DNA of 64,000 nucleotides from Marsupella aquatica (Eukaryota > Plantae > Marchantiophyta), in the NCBI GenBank assembly GCA_973895155.1, contig OZ316893.1, positions 25,285,520 to 25,349,519 of the forward strand, given 5' to 3'. Position 1 is the stretch's first letter; each line of letters starts with the position of its first letter. The position numbers were made by a program, and so were the translations under genes. Under the pieces are notes generated by a model. That model had not been told where the DNA came from, did no database searches, and saw only the letters and a list, made by a program, of their open reading frames with translations. Positions 47,388 through 62,122 of this stretch are shown here, piece by piece.

Positions 47388-50300
47388 TTAAGTACAATCA
47401 GTAACTTACTGTACTCCAGAATGAAAGCCTTTTTTCTCGAACGAGTTTGAAAAGCTGTAACGCATTAACATTTTGGCGGATTGAAGAGCCCGTGGAATGC
47501 CACATCGCCATCCTCGGTCTCACTCCCAAACTTGGACCGACTGCGGGAGTTGTCCATCATCAGAGGGATATTATTTCTAGCGAGGCACATTTGACTTTCA
47601 CTCTAGCACAATCCCCGGGCTCTCCGTTTGGACGTGTTCTTTCAATTCTTCTCGCGATTACTCGTCGCTCGTTTGGTCCCCCGCCAGATGTGGGGGCGTG
47701 CATGTGGCAGTGCTTCAAGAGCCGCACTGTCATTGTTTCCTCGCCTCCGCTTCATAGCTGCTCCCACTGACTGCTCAAGGAAGATACTCCGCAATGCGCT
47801 GCAGCTTTCATTCTTCGAGCGAGAGAATGATAATCTATCTACACACGATCGACGTCGACAGAAGTCGGACGCACTGGACGAGGATAACGAGAATAGAACT
47901 GCGTGCCCAAAATGGAGGGCCCACAGCTTAGCCCCACTGACTTCCAGTCCAACCTAACTGATTGCAATATTTTGTCGCAGGTTTCATTAAAGTACCAAAT
48001 GTTTGACAAAGAGAATGTTGGAAAACAACTCGACACCTGAAGACATTGTTTCGTCTGAGTGGAAGACTTTTGAACGTTTAAAACACCTTTTGAACAGTCG
48101 GATGCGCATGTTAACATCTGTGATTCCAGGCGGACCCACATCATGTTGTTTACCGAATTGCGGCTTCGAAATGGGGTTGCGAGGAACGAGAAGTGGGATC
48201 GATGTTAGGTTACGTGCAAAGCCTCGAGCACCCATGCTGAATACGGAACAGCAAGAAGCTTAGAAGTCAAGATGACCAGAGCTGTGGGGCTCAGGATGCA
48301 CATCATCACACGAAACGACACAAGCTTCTAGTAGTCAAGGTGACCAGACTGTGGGGAACAGGATGTCATCGCGCGTGCCCCGTAGCTTGATCGGTAGAAT
48401 AGCTTGATCGGTAGAATAGTTGAACATCCTACTCCAAAAGATAGAGTGCGAATGCGGTCTTGGGGTTTGCTGCGAGCTTAGCAGACAACATTTCAACTCT
48501 CGTACGTGTCCACGTCCACGTCCGCGTCCCGGAGAGTCTGTCCTCGGAAATCTTCACGCCTGCCAGATTGGGCCATCGATGTCGGGAAGTTGGGGACTCG
48601 CACTGTGCAGGAATGGCATTTTCAATTGACCTTCCCGAGTACTGATGTTATAAATGTGGAGCATTTCCAGACTCATAGGAAACTGTAGACTGACTGACAG
48701 GCTCACCGGCCTGTCCTCCGGAAATCTGCAGGACTGCTGTGTGGGTCATGGATATTCTCAACATGAAACTGGTGACAGTCTTACCGGCCTGTTCTCCGGG
48801 ACCTTGCAGCAATGGAGCCTGCTGTATGGATAGATCCTTCAGAAGATTTGTTAAATGCGAGTAAATCGCTTAAGGAGAAGACGAGGAAGCTCGCCTGCTC
48901 GAGGCTGCTGCTGCTGGAGTGCTGGACTCTGGAATACAGTCCTGTACGTGCACACACTCGACGTTTCCAATTGAGGGATCAGAAACATCATCAAGGCATC
49001 GGCGAGCTCGTGCTGCTGTGTTTTTGTAGGTGTCTACAGGGACGGAAATGAGACAGGAAATGAGTGTGTCGCAGGACCGGCCTACGAGGCCTACTACGAC
49101 CACTTCAGACGCTCATGAAGTCATGATCATTCTCCACGGCTGGCTGGCTTCAATGCACTTTGAACGGTGGGAAGACTTGCCAGTAATGGTACGAGTGACA
49201 GAATCGCACGGGCTTTGCCGTGATATATAGGTAGCCAGCAGAGATTCAAAGCTGAGATTCAAACTAATCAGGTACATTGGTGGAACAGTAAGTTCAGAAT
49301 TCAGACGGATGGGTTGGCAAGATGATAGCTTTCAAGTGTATCCATATCCAAGGGGACAAGTCACGTCCACCGTACCGCAGGATCAGAGACCTCACTACTA
49401 CATCTCCAACATTTGCCAATCACTGCCAATCAGTCCGATTGCGCCTGGCTGGCTAGTATTTGACCTGCAGCTTCACATTTGACGGAGACGCATCCGAAGA
49501 ACACAGTCTACGGCCCTGGAGGACCTAGCTTCCATCCTCTTGTCTCCTACTGAAAGCTTGCCAGAGACGCGATCTAATCATAAATCATGAGGATCTTGTC
49601 ACTGTTCAAGGACGTAAAATGAGAACGCATGCATGGACTGAAGAGCACACAAAAAATTAATCACAAGGAAAAGATTCATCGACCGTGAAATCAGGGAAGA
49701 AAGCCCCGACGATAAGGAAGCAACAAAAAGGGTAAAGAATGTGCAACGCCATGAATAAAGGAGCACACAAAAGGCAGCGGATAAATGAATGCGGACATGA
49801 GATCTCGAAGTCCGACAAGAAGAGCGACGAGAACGGACAACAACGAATCACTGTAATGAAAAAGGCGGAGGATCCTACTCCTCGAAGAACGGCAAACAAA
49901 GTGTGGCCTAAGAAATATAATCCGCGTTTCTGAATTAAATGGTTGAACGGCAAGCGTCTCAAATTCCAAAGTAAGGCGTACGCTTGCCATCGGAGATACA
50001 AGTCCTCCACAAGGAATACAATTTGGAGTCGGACTGCTACAGTTACTATATGTCTAGTGAACACTTGAATATTACAAGTTCGAATTCTTCTCCGCAAGAT
50101 CCATGGCCATGAGGAGCCACTACCAAAATGCTCCTCAAGGCAAGTGCCACATACTTGCACGTATAACAACAATACGTTGCATCTATCACTTCTATCGGCT
50201 TCTCGCCGAGACGAGCTATAGTAGCTAACCAAAAAAGCATCATGGGGAGAAACACTAGCTAGGCAGGCATGCCTTCGTCGATCTGGTCTGGATGAGAGCT

Positions 50301-51668
50301 AGTTGGTAAAACAATGTGAGGCCAATTCCTTTCTGCGAATTGACAAGCCCTGATTGCTGCTACTACTCGCTTCTCTGAAACCTCCACCCACCAACAGCGA
50401 TGCCACTGATCGAGAGAAGTTGGCAAACAAAATTCCGCACATCTTGTTGTCGTCGTTACATCTCAGAGAGGTCCAAAGAGGAACGCTTCCATCCTCGATC
50501 ACAGTCAGGCAGACTTAACCAGAAAGATCGTTGACGAAGACAAGTCTATACAAATGTGGGTTTCCAAATGGTATTTGATAACATCAGAGTAATAGTACAT
50601 GACCAGAGTGAAATCGTCCGACCGCATTGACGAAGGTAGTGTACAAACATTGGGCCCTTGAGATGGAAGCCACTCAAAGGATTTTATTGACTGAAAGCTT
50701 GCCCCATTCCCCCTCCCCCACCATTCCCCTTCCGGATCTTTTCTGAGATATGCTTGGCTTCAAGGAGAAGGGGTCCTGGAGGACGGGCAACCTGCGTGGG
50801 CCCACGAGGAACAGGGAGGGAGGCCATGATACTCAATCATCATCATCCCGATCCTGCAGGCCCAACATGGTGGAATAACGGTTGCCAATTAGCAACGCCT
50901 TCACAAGCTTGGCTGCGGTGCGATGCGATGCGATGCGATTTACTACCAACTTCTCTCAGTGCACCGTCTCATCGTCCACTCCTCTCATCTCAACTTCGCT
51001 TCAGTCCGGATCCAGCAAGAGCTCCTATACTTACGCACACTCACTCGGCCAGCACCTCCCCTCTCCTCTCTGCAACACATTAATGGTACGTATTATATCA
51101 ATAACTTGGACCGGAAAGAAATTACAGAGAAGAAGATATGAAGAAACCACTTCTGATATGGAAGACAACAATTTCTATAGTATACTGCTTCTCGCGCTGC
51201 AGGCAAGGCAAGGAACTGTCGAGCAACCCTAACTCTCGATATACATTAGTAACAAGCCAGCTGCAAGGCGAATTTTCGTCTGTGACCACACTAGAGCTTT
51301 CGTGTGGCGCCTCACTAGAGGCTCTTTAATAAGTGGCTGACGGAAGGGAACTGATTTTTTTGTAATTTGGTCCAAGAAATCACTGCCCAGACTAGCTCAG
51401 ACAGAAGTGGGTTGTCGAAATGGATGACCAGCGAATCGAATTGACCGATTGGGAATATGTGGATGCAGCCACAGATAGTAGTTGGGGACTGCTAGAGATG
51501 AGAATGACAACGAGAACTAAACTTGTAGAACGTGCGAGGAGAAGACCACAATTAAGAGAGAGACGTCTCAGTATCGGGGACGGATAAGCAAATTGAAGTC
51601 AAGTGGCTGAAAGAGGGAGAGGACGACAAGGACAGCACAGTTCACTCTTCTTTAGATATTTGATGTTT

Positions 51669-54600
51669 CTAGCTCACAGGGAGCGCCCCCCCAGTAATAC
51701 TCTCAGACTTAGTAGTGCGCGGGCTGGAGCCACTACTGCTGGAATCAGAGAAGGAGCCAAAGTTCGCTTTCTGTAGGACGCCGGTGGGTGATGCCATGCG
51801 TGGGCTGTCCCTCGGGCTGCTGTCCCATCCATCACAAAGCAAATTGAGGCCTGAGCTCTTGCACCCGCCAGCACGGGGAGTGCTCGATTGCAGTACTTCT
51901 GCTAACGGCCCACCTACCGGATTTTCCCAAGCGATGGGAATCCAAGTGGTCTGCCTGTGCCGATCCTCAGCAGAATTCATTCCCAAACCCATACCCACAC
52001 CGAGCCCCATGTGCGTGGGATCAGCAGATCCGAGATGGTCCTCATCTCCCGCCCTGGACATAGAGAGCTTCAAGGGTGAGAGAGATAACTTGCCTCGGGA
52101 AGGACTGGCATTTGAGTTTGGGAAGTCGGAAGATGTCACAGGAATGGAGATGGAGAGCTGGGTAGTCGACGCATTGTTGCTTCGGTTAGGCCTCTCCTCC
52201 TCGACGTCCGACCATGCAAGAGCTGTTGGATCCCTCGACCTCGGCCAGTCATCAAAAAAATGGCGCAGAGGTTGTCCTTCCGGCTCTCGAACTACGCTGA
52301 CGCCCTCCACCGCGCCATATCCGTTACTCAGAAACGAATGTTGCTGTTGTTGAGCCACGGAAATGTTCACTTGATTATTCTCAGGCATCAGCCCGAAGTC
52401 TTGCCCAAGCAGCGACCGCATCTGCGGCGATGAGTAGTGCAGCAACGAATTGTTGTTACCGCCTGCCTGCTGAGACTTCGGCTGGGGTGCTGGAGGCACC
52501 TTCGCACTCAATGCTTGCCACGAGTGGTTCACCGATGACAACCTGGAGAGGTTGCTCATCGACGGTGACTCTTGCCCGCCCAACCCTCTCGCACTGCCTG
52601 ACGTCTCCGAGAAAAGTAGCTGCTCCGGTCCCATGCCCATCTCGGACTTGGTGCTGTTGTTACTCATTCCATTCATGTACCTGCCAAGTAATAACAACCC
52701 ATGCCAAAGAAAAACCACCTTAGATTTTCTCCCAATGAATGCTCTCTAAACTTCTCTCGAGCTCCTTGCAATCTATCTACTTCACATAACGAATTCATCA
52801 ATGATGGATTCTTCATGAATGAGAAAATCCCAAGCTCCATAAAGGAAAATTCCGTACATCATCCGCGAAACTTTGGTACATACCGGAAGTCTTTATTAGC
52901 AATTGCCGAGGCACCGGGGGGTGATTGGAGGGGCAGTTGGAAGGAACCAGACGAGTTGGAACCTCCAGGAGAGCCTATCGATATCCCTCCCGAGCTATTG
53001 TTGGAATGTGCGTTCCCAAAGCTTTTAATCCCCAGCTGCTGCTGCGAGTTTGCAGACAAAGTAGGCGAGAGACTATGGGTGAGACTGGAACCACCACCAC
53101 CGCCACCTGAGCTAGGCAAAGGCCCTCCTCGTGGAGTCACGCTAGAGGAGTTAGCGGGTGAGGAGGCTGCCGTAGCAGCAGGAGACGTAGTGGTTGATTG
53201 CCCGTCTGTGGGTTTTCTGGAGCGGTGGCGCCCCCTGTGCATGTGCCGCTCGCAGTACTTCTGATCCGGAACAACGTCGCGGGAGCACCGCCACTTCTTC
53301 CCATCTGTTCGTCGACATCTTCCGGGCTCCGGATCTGCGTTGCTCGCAACGCCCAGGTGGAAGGTGCCCCATTGCACTACAACAAGTACACGAGATAATT
53401 GATCAGCACAACTAAACGCCACTCTTCTAGTTGCTCCCGACATTCCAAGAAGTGGTCTGGAACCAGAAACCACAGCTCCCCGGCACAACCGTAGACGCAC
53501 ACTTTCCTAGACGTACCGAGTAGGCGCACAAAACTTGCAGAGAATTTGCTGCATCGATGGTGTCTCGAGGGGAACCGAGAACGGTTGAGAGACTTACAGT
53601 TGTTGACATGATGGGAAGCTGACAACCCGCTCAATGCCGCAACGCTCTTGCGGATAGGATTTAAAAGATCGGGGGGTACATTCACCCCCGCCATCATGTA
53701 CTTGAAGATGAGTGCTTGGTGCTCGAGCTCGGCCCACTGACCGGACGTGAACGGTGCCCGAGCTCCAGCAATATTCTGCATACTCATGTGGCCCACTCCC
53801 TCTCTCCCCATCGACAGAGGGGATCCTGTCGGGCATCCATACGAAATGGCGAGTGAGAATAAGTCCGATAAGTTTCACGTTCTGTTACCCAGTTTTGTAC
53901 ACGACACATCCCATTCGATTTAAAGCCCAAGACCATAGCTCACTACCAATCTGCCTGCTTACTACGTGCTCGAAGCAAACATCAGCTAACCAGATGCAAA
54001 AATCAGCTCACAGAAGAACAATCTACCCGGGCTTCGGGACAACCTTTATCGTATGAATTGTAAGGAGTGCAAAGAAGAGCGTGTGTTAATCACAGACTAC
54101 CATACACAGAGACTCGACATGTAAGCCAATTGAGAAGTAAAGCATTGACGAGACCAAATGAAACTCAGAAGCATCGACTGCTGTAACAAAAGGCCTAGCT
54201 AAGCCTTCGCCACAATTCCAAGCCAAGTATCAAGAGAGGAGGATTGCGCAGGGAAGAAATTGGTACTAGGATGGTACTAGAGGAGTGGAACCCATGTATG
54301 TGGCCAGCATGTTCATGTTGAGCTTACACAGTGAACGGTGTTTACTCAGACTGACCTGCAGGCTTGTAGTGATAAGTCTGATGATGATAAGACAGCGGCG
54401 ATCGTCCTTGCTGAGATCCGGGATAGGCGCCAGAGACAACAGAATCTGAGCGCATAAGCTGGCGAGAGTCTGAGACCACCGTGGCATCACTTCCAAGCAA
54501 GCCACCATCCGAAGCACATGAGTTAGTCGGAGAACACCCAAGACGCCCATCGGACACCACGGAGTTGCTTCGCACTAAAGAGGCTCCTGGGCTTCCGGTG

Positions 54601-54908
54601 CTCATGTGCATTTTAAGATCGGCTTGCCGACAAGAGAATGAATCCGTCCTCGCGAGTTTGAGAGGGCCCCTACGGTCGTCTCTCCCATCCAAGTCCATCT
54701 CTGATCGGCACTGCTTAAGGGGGTTCAGGCCAGGCGACATTGAGCCAACCGATGTCGGAGGCATGTTGTGGTGCCCGGGCATTCTCCCACCGCGGTGATG
54801 GTTGTCAGTCAGGTCAGATGTTAAAGACGACAACGATCGCTCACTGTATCCTAGGGCACTGCTCGATAACCCAGCTGTCGCAGCTGCGGAGCTGTGTGAG
54901 AAGTCCAT
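51669..54908 (-). CDS. GRF: Growth-regulating factor transcription factor; exons 54908-54356, 53825-53598, 53376-52884, 52680-51669 (761 aa)
   Basis: QLQ ([20 protein letters not shown]), WRC ([36 protein letters not shown]), FFD, TQL and GGPL motifs; GT-AG introns with consistent phases 1, 1, 2. Confidence 0.95.
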
Positions 54909-57619
54909 AAAGAGCGGCCAGTCTCTACCTGCAACTCTAAGCTATCACTACGAGTGTTGCTAAGTCGACTATCCAGACACCGAACCCAATGCCCATCCAC
55001 TCGTCACTACGACTGCTTGCTTGGTACGATGACTCTCACTTTGCCGGATTAGTACTCTATTCTTTACCACCACCCTCCTGCCTGTCTCCACGTCCGGTCT
55101 CCGAGCATCCAATACACCTCTCGACAGCTTCTGACCAATGTGACCCAACAGTTGCAGTAGAACAATGTCCCGCAACTCCCCACACTGCAATGTAGACCCC
55201 GAGATGCAAACTCGACCGACCAACCGGTCCACTGCTGTCAGTTAATAGAGGGAGGGCAGCCCTACGCACCCCCCTCCCCACATCCGGCTCACCCTTTGTC
55301 CTCGACCCACGAACACCACCTCAAATTCGATTCTTGCCAAACGCTGAAGCTACAGCAGCTGTCTAGCTCATGAGGGAGACACTCGGGGCCACAAACGAAA
55401 GGATTTGTACTCCGTCACCTAACTGATTTAGCTAAATGAGCTGCTGCTGCTCCACCACACTCTATGTTACTACACAACAGATGCGAAGAAGCTCTCACTT
55501 GGACCCAACCCCCTTGTTGTTACAAAAGCAATGCCGAACCCAACGCTGCGATTCAGCGAGCAGTCCGTCCTTCTCCACCCCGGATGTCCAAATTCGTAAA
55601 CCTTTCCCAAGTGCGGATCGAATTCCGCAAAACAATGTCAGCTAGATAGAGAGAGCCCTCAGTTCAGTTCAGTTCGGTTCAGTTCAGCAAACACTACTAC
55701 TACCCACTACTACTCTTACAACTACTCTTCCCAACTGCAACTGACAGACAGTTCCTTGCTTCTCGCTAGCACACACACCTTCAGAGAGACAGACATCGAC
55801 TGCCTGCAGAACCCCTCCCTGCGATGTTCCTGTCTGCCTGCTTTTCTGCTGCTGCGCCCACCCAATGAGCAGGGAGATGCCGGAGAGCTGCAGCTCCAGG
55901 AGCAAAGATTGTGTCTAGTTCAGAAATGAATCCCCAAGAAATAGGGGGGCACGACGATTGCGTACACACTGTCTTCCTGCCACATGAATATCCCACAACC
56001 AAAACCGAGGAGGGTCCCGAGAATGAAATCAGACGAAGACTGTCCGAAGTGCCCCTTTCTTAAGCCCAACACTTCTCTCTCTCTCTCACTCGGCTGCCCT
56101 TGACTGCGGTGAACTTTGTGGCCCCCGTCAAACCAATCAAGCCCATCGTATGCTGTACTGCAGTAACATTTCTACTCCGGTACAGTCACGCTACGTAAGG
56201 TACACGGACAACTATCTTTCTACCGTATACTATGATTTTGCAAATCAAGTCTATTTTGAGAATTATATATATTGACATGACACGAGCCGCATGCCTGGGC
56301 TTTTGCACCACAAGCAATGGGAGGGACGAAGGTTGAGGCGAGGTGTAGCATGTGAGGGAGGAGCAGGGAGGGTGCAAAGTGAATCACAAAGGGGGTTTTG
56401 GCCTATCCAAAGGATGATTAAAAAAATAGTTGTACAGCCTATGGCCAGGATTTCATCCCACCCAGATGACAATTTATGGACAGACATCCACCAGAATAGT
56501 GGAGATTGGATATTATACTCTGTGTATTTATTATTTCTGGGGACATAATGTTTTGATATTTAGACTGCGTTTGTGGAAAGGGATGGGCGTGGGACTATCC
56601 TACCAAATGAGTGTTGATCTGACTCACTCTGCACAGGTCTTCTTGCTAGTTTTCCTAAAGGCCCTCTCATGTTGTGCTGTCCATCTACTTAATTTTCCTT
56701 GTCCAATAGTCCATCCTACGCTTCTTTCCATCCATATATCCCATTAGAGAAGAATTTTGACATTTGTGAAAGTTTGGGATTGGAACCCAGTAGTCAGACA
56801 TAAGAACTTAATAGACAGATTGATTAACCCGCCTACATTTTTTAGATGAAGACCTGTTAAGCAGTGGGAGCCCAGATTCCTGAGGGAGTATCTAAGCGTT
56901 GAATTTCATTCACCCTGTTTGCCTGAAGCCCTTCTTGGCAAACAGGGATAGGCAGCAGAAGTGTTCCGTGTCAAGGGTGAGGTAACTGGGGAAAGTGTAA
57001 AAATACACACAGAGAGGGAGACTTGTTGAGTCATATGTGATCAACCCCATTGTGTTGGTGCTATTTCTATCACTCAATGCATAATTGTTACCAGGTACGA
57101 GTCTCCTTGAGAAGTGACCTATAAAGACATCATATGTGATTCACAATCATGCTGTAAATTTATAGCCCCTATAAAAAAAAACTATCCAAGTTGATTTTGA
57201 TGAAGTGGTGCTTTCAAAGTGCCTATCCTCTTCTTTCTATCCATCCATCCATCTTTCAAGTGTTTTCTCTTCTTCCATCAGTTTATCATGTCATATATTT
57301 GCTTCTACCACATATCCACCAGTTTATGTGTTTTCTCTTATTCCATTCGTTTAATATTTTGTTTCTTGTCAACATTCATTTTCCTTTCTCCCACCCATCC
57401 ACCATATCATTCCCTCTTTTGTTCATATCTTACAATTTCCTTTTTCATCCATGTATTTGTCATTCCATCCTTCTTCCTGCCCCTCCGTTTATTGACCTTG
57501 TTTTCACTCGTTTATCTACAGTAATGTCTACATGCTAAAAAAAGGAGAAAAGGAGAAAAGTCCATGAGCAAGCCTCACAATTGGCTTAGTAGAGCGTATA
57601 TTGGCCTCATCATCTGCAA

Positions 57620-58330
57620 TGAGCACAAATTGCATTATATAGGCGAAACCTCACTTTTGTTAGCATGTAACACTGTCCAACGTCTAATTTGGAATACTTT
57701 TTCCAGCTGACAGAAAGCATTCTTGTATTTTCTAGAAACCTTATCCAAGTTGCCAACAGAATGGAAGATATTGAGGGTAAGTTTTCCTGCCAAACAATTT
57801 AGACACTTATAATCAGAAACTCTACAAAACGTTTTCTGATGATAATAGAGTAAAAAGACACTCAGGGTTTGTGTTTGATAATCCATTACGTCTTCACGAA
57901 CCACCAGTTGTATCCCTTCGTGCAATTCCCCCTTGGGGCTTATACATAGGACCTGCTCAGGGCCATAAGTCACCCTACACAATCTTGTGCTCCACCCATT
58001 AAGGCATTTATCTTCGAGTAATAAGACTACCAGGTTCCAGTAATAACATCTGACCCTGCAACTCATTGTAACTATTCTTGTTTTCAGCTAATTGTTAAGC
58101 AAAGTTCAAAGGCAAAGTCCACAAATGTTCAGTCATCTCTGTCCACAATCATATATACAGCAGCAGAGCACCATTGCTTGTTCCCAACAGTTTAGGGAGA
58201 TTTAAGGGCTGCAAAATAGAACACCATTTTCCCTTATTGTAGTTTTTGAATGCCCTGCTTTGTTTTTTTCTTTTTTTTGAATGCCCTGCTTTTAGGGAGC
58301 CTCATACCTGAAAAGGCTGCAAAAGAATCC
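57620..58330 (-). mobile_element. Possible highly degenerate LINE (L1-like) RT remnant
   Basis: Fragmentary translation ...YKCLNCLAGKLTL...FQIRRW resembles the post-RT LSxAGRxTL region; many stops. Confidence 0.3.
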
Positions 58331-61300
58331 GCAGTCCGGACATATGAGCTTCAAATGTTTGTTTGTCGCAAGTGATAAACCACCTATTTGCAAAAGACCG
58401 CCACTCTTGTTCCCGGAAAACCTATGTGACCATTACCCGAGCTAAAATTGTGAGGTTTGAGACTCCCTATTAGATAGAGAGATGAGTGTTTATTCCACAC
58501 ATCATCAGAGCGTATCCATACATCCATGTACTCACGTATTCCCATTTCATGTTTTCTCTTGACCCCTACAAGTGACCTCATCCATCATCCATGTGTTCAC
58601 GTCCTTTACAGTAACATCAATCGCCTGCATCACTGCACGTCCGATGTATATCCTCGACCGCATGTATCCATCCGTCCATCCTTCCATCCATCCCTTTAAA
58701 CCATCCGTTCACTCCCGTACATCACTGTGCAGAACAGGTATCGATAACATCACTCATAACACTCATACAGCCATGCCCCATCTATGTATGTATGTTGTCC
58801 ATAATAATAGAGTGTTTGTATGACTGTCCCGAATTCCATGACCAACGCATACCCATACGAGCTCGTATTGTCTACTGTGTGTAAGTGTAATATTCCGGGA
58901 AGAGGCCCCAAGTCTGCATTTATCCACAGTTTGCACTATGTTATAAGACAAGTCCTAGTAGTCCACCTTAATTCCCGGGCGGGAACTACTCTGGTGTTTG
59001 GGGCTCCTCTGGCATGCCTTAGGTTCAAACCAGCTCTCCCAGACTGCCAAAGTTGTTTCTCATGCACCAGGACTAGCAAGTCAGGCATGTCTCAGTGCCT
59101 GCACCTATGTTTTGCCGAATGATACGGACGGTAGAGATGCATGGATCTTTGCCTCATCAAGCTGTCTTGCTCCATCAGAGAGTTGAGGAGTTTGGGTGGA
59201 TACCATGGTCACTTGCATTTTGCAGCCTTGGGTAGTGGAATGGGTGGGGGTGATGTTGTGCAACTCAAACCATATGGATAGGATCGTGCCAAATTGTCCA
59301 CTATGTACCTGATCATGGAGTTGCCTTTAGCTTAGCAGTGGGAATACTCTAAGTGAAAGGGATATCGTTTTTGCAATCCTCCATATATGCATGGTTTTAC
59401 TACAAAATAAATGCATGTGAAATCTCGTATGCACTTTCTCATATGTGTTGTGTGGTCACACAGATAGTACTCCTCATATCCCAAGCCCTCACAATTCCAA
59501 TGGATACTTATGAAATTACTTGTGATTGTCAGTTGTACTTATCATCAAATGGTTCTCATGTACGCATTGTCGTTATGTATTTGCCTTTCAGTGCAAGTAT
59601 TTGTTGTTTAGTGAGTGTCTACCTGCACTTGTGCAAATGCCATTTTTGGTGTATTTCGAAGAAAATTGTTGTAATATGAGGGGAACTATAATTATCCACT
59701 GTGTAACTGAAAAATGCATGTGTGTGCTTATGCACCTCATGTATTTGTCTTTCGGTGTTGGAATTTGTCGTTTGGGTCAACCTGCACTTATGCATATTTG
59801 TTTTTGGTGCATTTACAAAGGACATTGCTGAAATGAAATTTAGGGGACTACATGCCGAACCTGCAGTTATGCACGGCTTACTGTCTGACGCAACGCAGAG
59901 ACAATCCCAAAGGCCAAGGCACAGAGGGGACATAGCGCGAAAGCCAAGTGCCACGTGAGTTGGCCGTACCTTCCAGCCAAATCTAGCGGTCCTCATCTCT
60001 GCAGCCCCAATTGAATTTTGGGCTCTCTATCAGAGGATGGAACAGTCAGACACACCCAACGGGAGATTTAACGGGAACGACGTCAGTCCGCCGTCGGCCA
60101 GGAACTCCGATCTGGATCCCTGTGGTGAACAGTTTTTCTCCAAGTTTTTACTCCACTTCTATTCGACTGTTTTTTAGTAACTTATTAGCCCCAAAATTGC
60201 ACAACCTTCTCAAGTTGCTTGAACCTCCTGATTGATTGATTGGCACTACTGTTCACCTCTGTTAGTGTGACATTGCGCAACGGGTGCAATGTAGTAATTA
60301 AATTAGTTGGGGAGGAACTCAGTTTTTTTCAATTTTGGGCCTCACATAGTGAAAATGATTTTTAGTAAGACAGCCCTTAAACTGCACATCCTTCTTAAGT
60401 TGCTCCTAAAACAACTTAAAGAGTAAGCTGCCTCCATGGATTAGTCGTAGCAGCATATTCCAACCTTTTCAATTATTTTTATTGCCCTTAATCCCTTGCA
60501 AGGGGGAAGGAGTTCGCCATGGAAAAGGGTGCACATTGGCACCTTGAGGTACCACAATCATGCCACAATCCAATGACCAGGGAGGCTTTCTACAAAAGGT
60601 GTCATGTTCTAAACAGATCATAAGAAAGAATGATTGGGGTTGCATGTTGTAGTGTTTACATAGAGGCGACTTTCCATTTTGCTTCTTTGGGGGTATTCTC
60701 TATTCTTTGGAGGGCAAGGGCTGTTGATTCTATGGCCTCGGGTCAAATATATCTTTGTGATCCTCCCATGCACTTTACCCCACACCATTACCAAGATTTC
60801 CACTTTGCCGCCAACACAGGGTTCTAGGTATTAGGGTTTTGTTTACTCTTATGGAGGGCTCTTGTTAAACCTCCACTGTCCACCAGGTTTGACGAGGACA
60901 ACTTACACTTTGATACTTTTTTTGAGATCATTACTTACTTGTTTTGGTAACCTGGATCCACCAGGTTTTGCTTTGGGGCTAGTGGCCATTTATGTACTGT
61001 TAGGCCTTTTTGGCTCCTTGGTCTTCTCAGTGTTTTTCTCTTGCTTTGTTCCCTTCATTATTGGGTCACTATTGGGTCTCTTGCATTTGGGATGCGTCTG
61101 GGCTTCTTTTGTATTTGGCTCCTTATGTTTACTCGCATGGGGATAAAAATAGGTGAAGAAAAGTCACAACTGAGTACCTTTGTTCAACTTTGACAGAGTA
61201 AGACATGGTATTATTCGATGGCTCTGGAGTCGGTCTTACAACGTAGTCGCTCGTGTACAGCAGTGTGTAGTGTGTACGGTATGGTGCAGAGAGTGCACGG

Positions 61301-61966
61301 CGAATACCTGCCGCGCATTTTATTCTTTCCGGCGCCGGCCGGGCGACCAAGAAAAGAGGGATGATTACCGACGATTCTGCAGTGCTTATTAGCAGGCAAC
61401 AAACAAACAAACGAGGACTATGGGTAGGGACGGACTGTAGCCAAGACGGATAAACGCTGACGGCTGCAAAGCAAAGCAAAGGCAGGGAAAAGAAAATCCA
61501 TTCGGTTCCGTCTCCTCCCCTTCCTCTGCAAATTGTTTGTTGTGCACCGTCCTGTGGGGGAATATTGCCACAAATGTGATGGCATATGATTATTCTATGC
61601 CCCTAAGGCAAGTAGGCATGAGAAATGAATCAATTAAAAAAATAACAAGTAGGCCCACTTCACTTCCCAATGGACAAGTTTGAATCCTTACCACAGTTTT
61701 TTGAAACGAGTCAAGGTTGCCCCCAATCACATGCCCTTGCCCATGTCATGCATTGACCCATTGTTGGGCACTTGGGCCCTCCTACGATTGTCGTTTAGAG
61801 GCTTCACTCTATGTTGAATGCAATTCAGTTCCCGCTAGTTTAGCTGTTCTGCCAAGCTTAACTTTTAAGGTTTTTCCTTTTTTGCCCAAGGTAGTGAATG
61901 TCACCTTGTGTAAAGGGAGACAATGCTAGGAATATTTGATATCTGTATTAGTCTTACCATGAGAGC

Positions 61967-62122
61967 TCCCTAGATTTAAGGATACCCATGAGATTCCAAC
62001 TAATGGGGTATGTGGCTTGATGGAAATATGGCTGTTGGACGACAAAAACTATAGCCTATTTTGCCAAAAGTGACAAAGACTTTAGAGAGGTAGAATGTAT
62101 CCAATTTTTGAAACTAAAAAAA
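61967..62122 (+). repeat. Dispersed repeat, copy 2 (related to 43081-43234)
   Basis: ctccctagatttaaggatacccatgagattccaactaatgggg...ttttgccaaaag...tttttgaaactaaaaaaa. Confidence 0.6.

Noticed and set aside
49657-50232. 191-aa minus-strand ORF and a K/R-rich opposite strand, possibly a gag remnant
   Set aside because: No intact zinc knuckle or other TE hallmark, and no flanking repeats.
51715-53264. Plus-strand ORFs of 212 and 187 aa
   Set aside because: Antisense shadows of GC-rich GRF exons.
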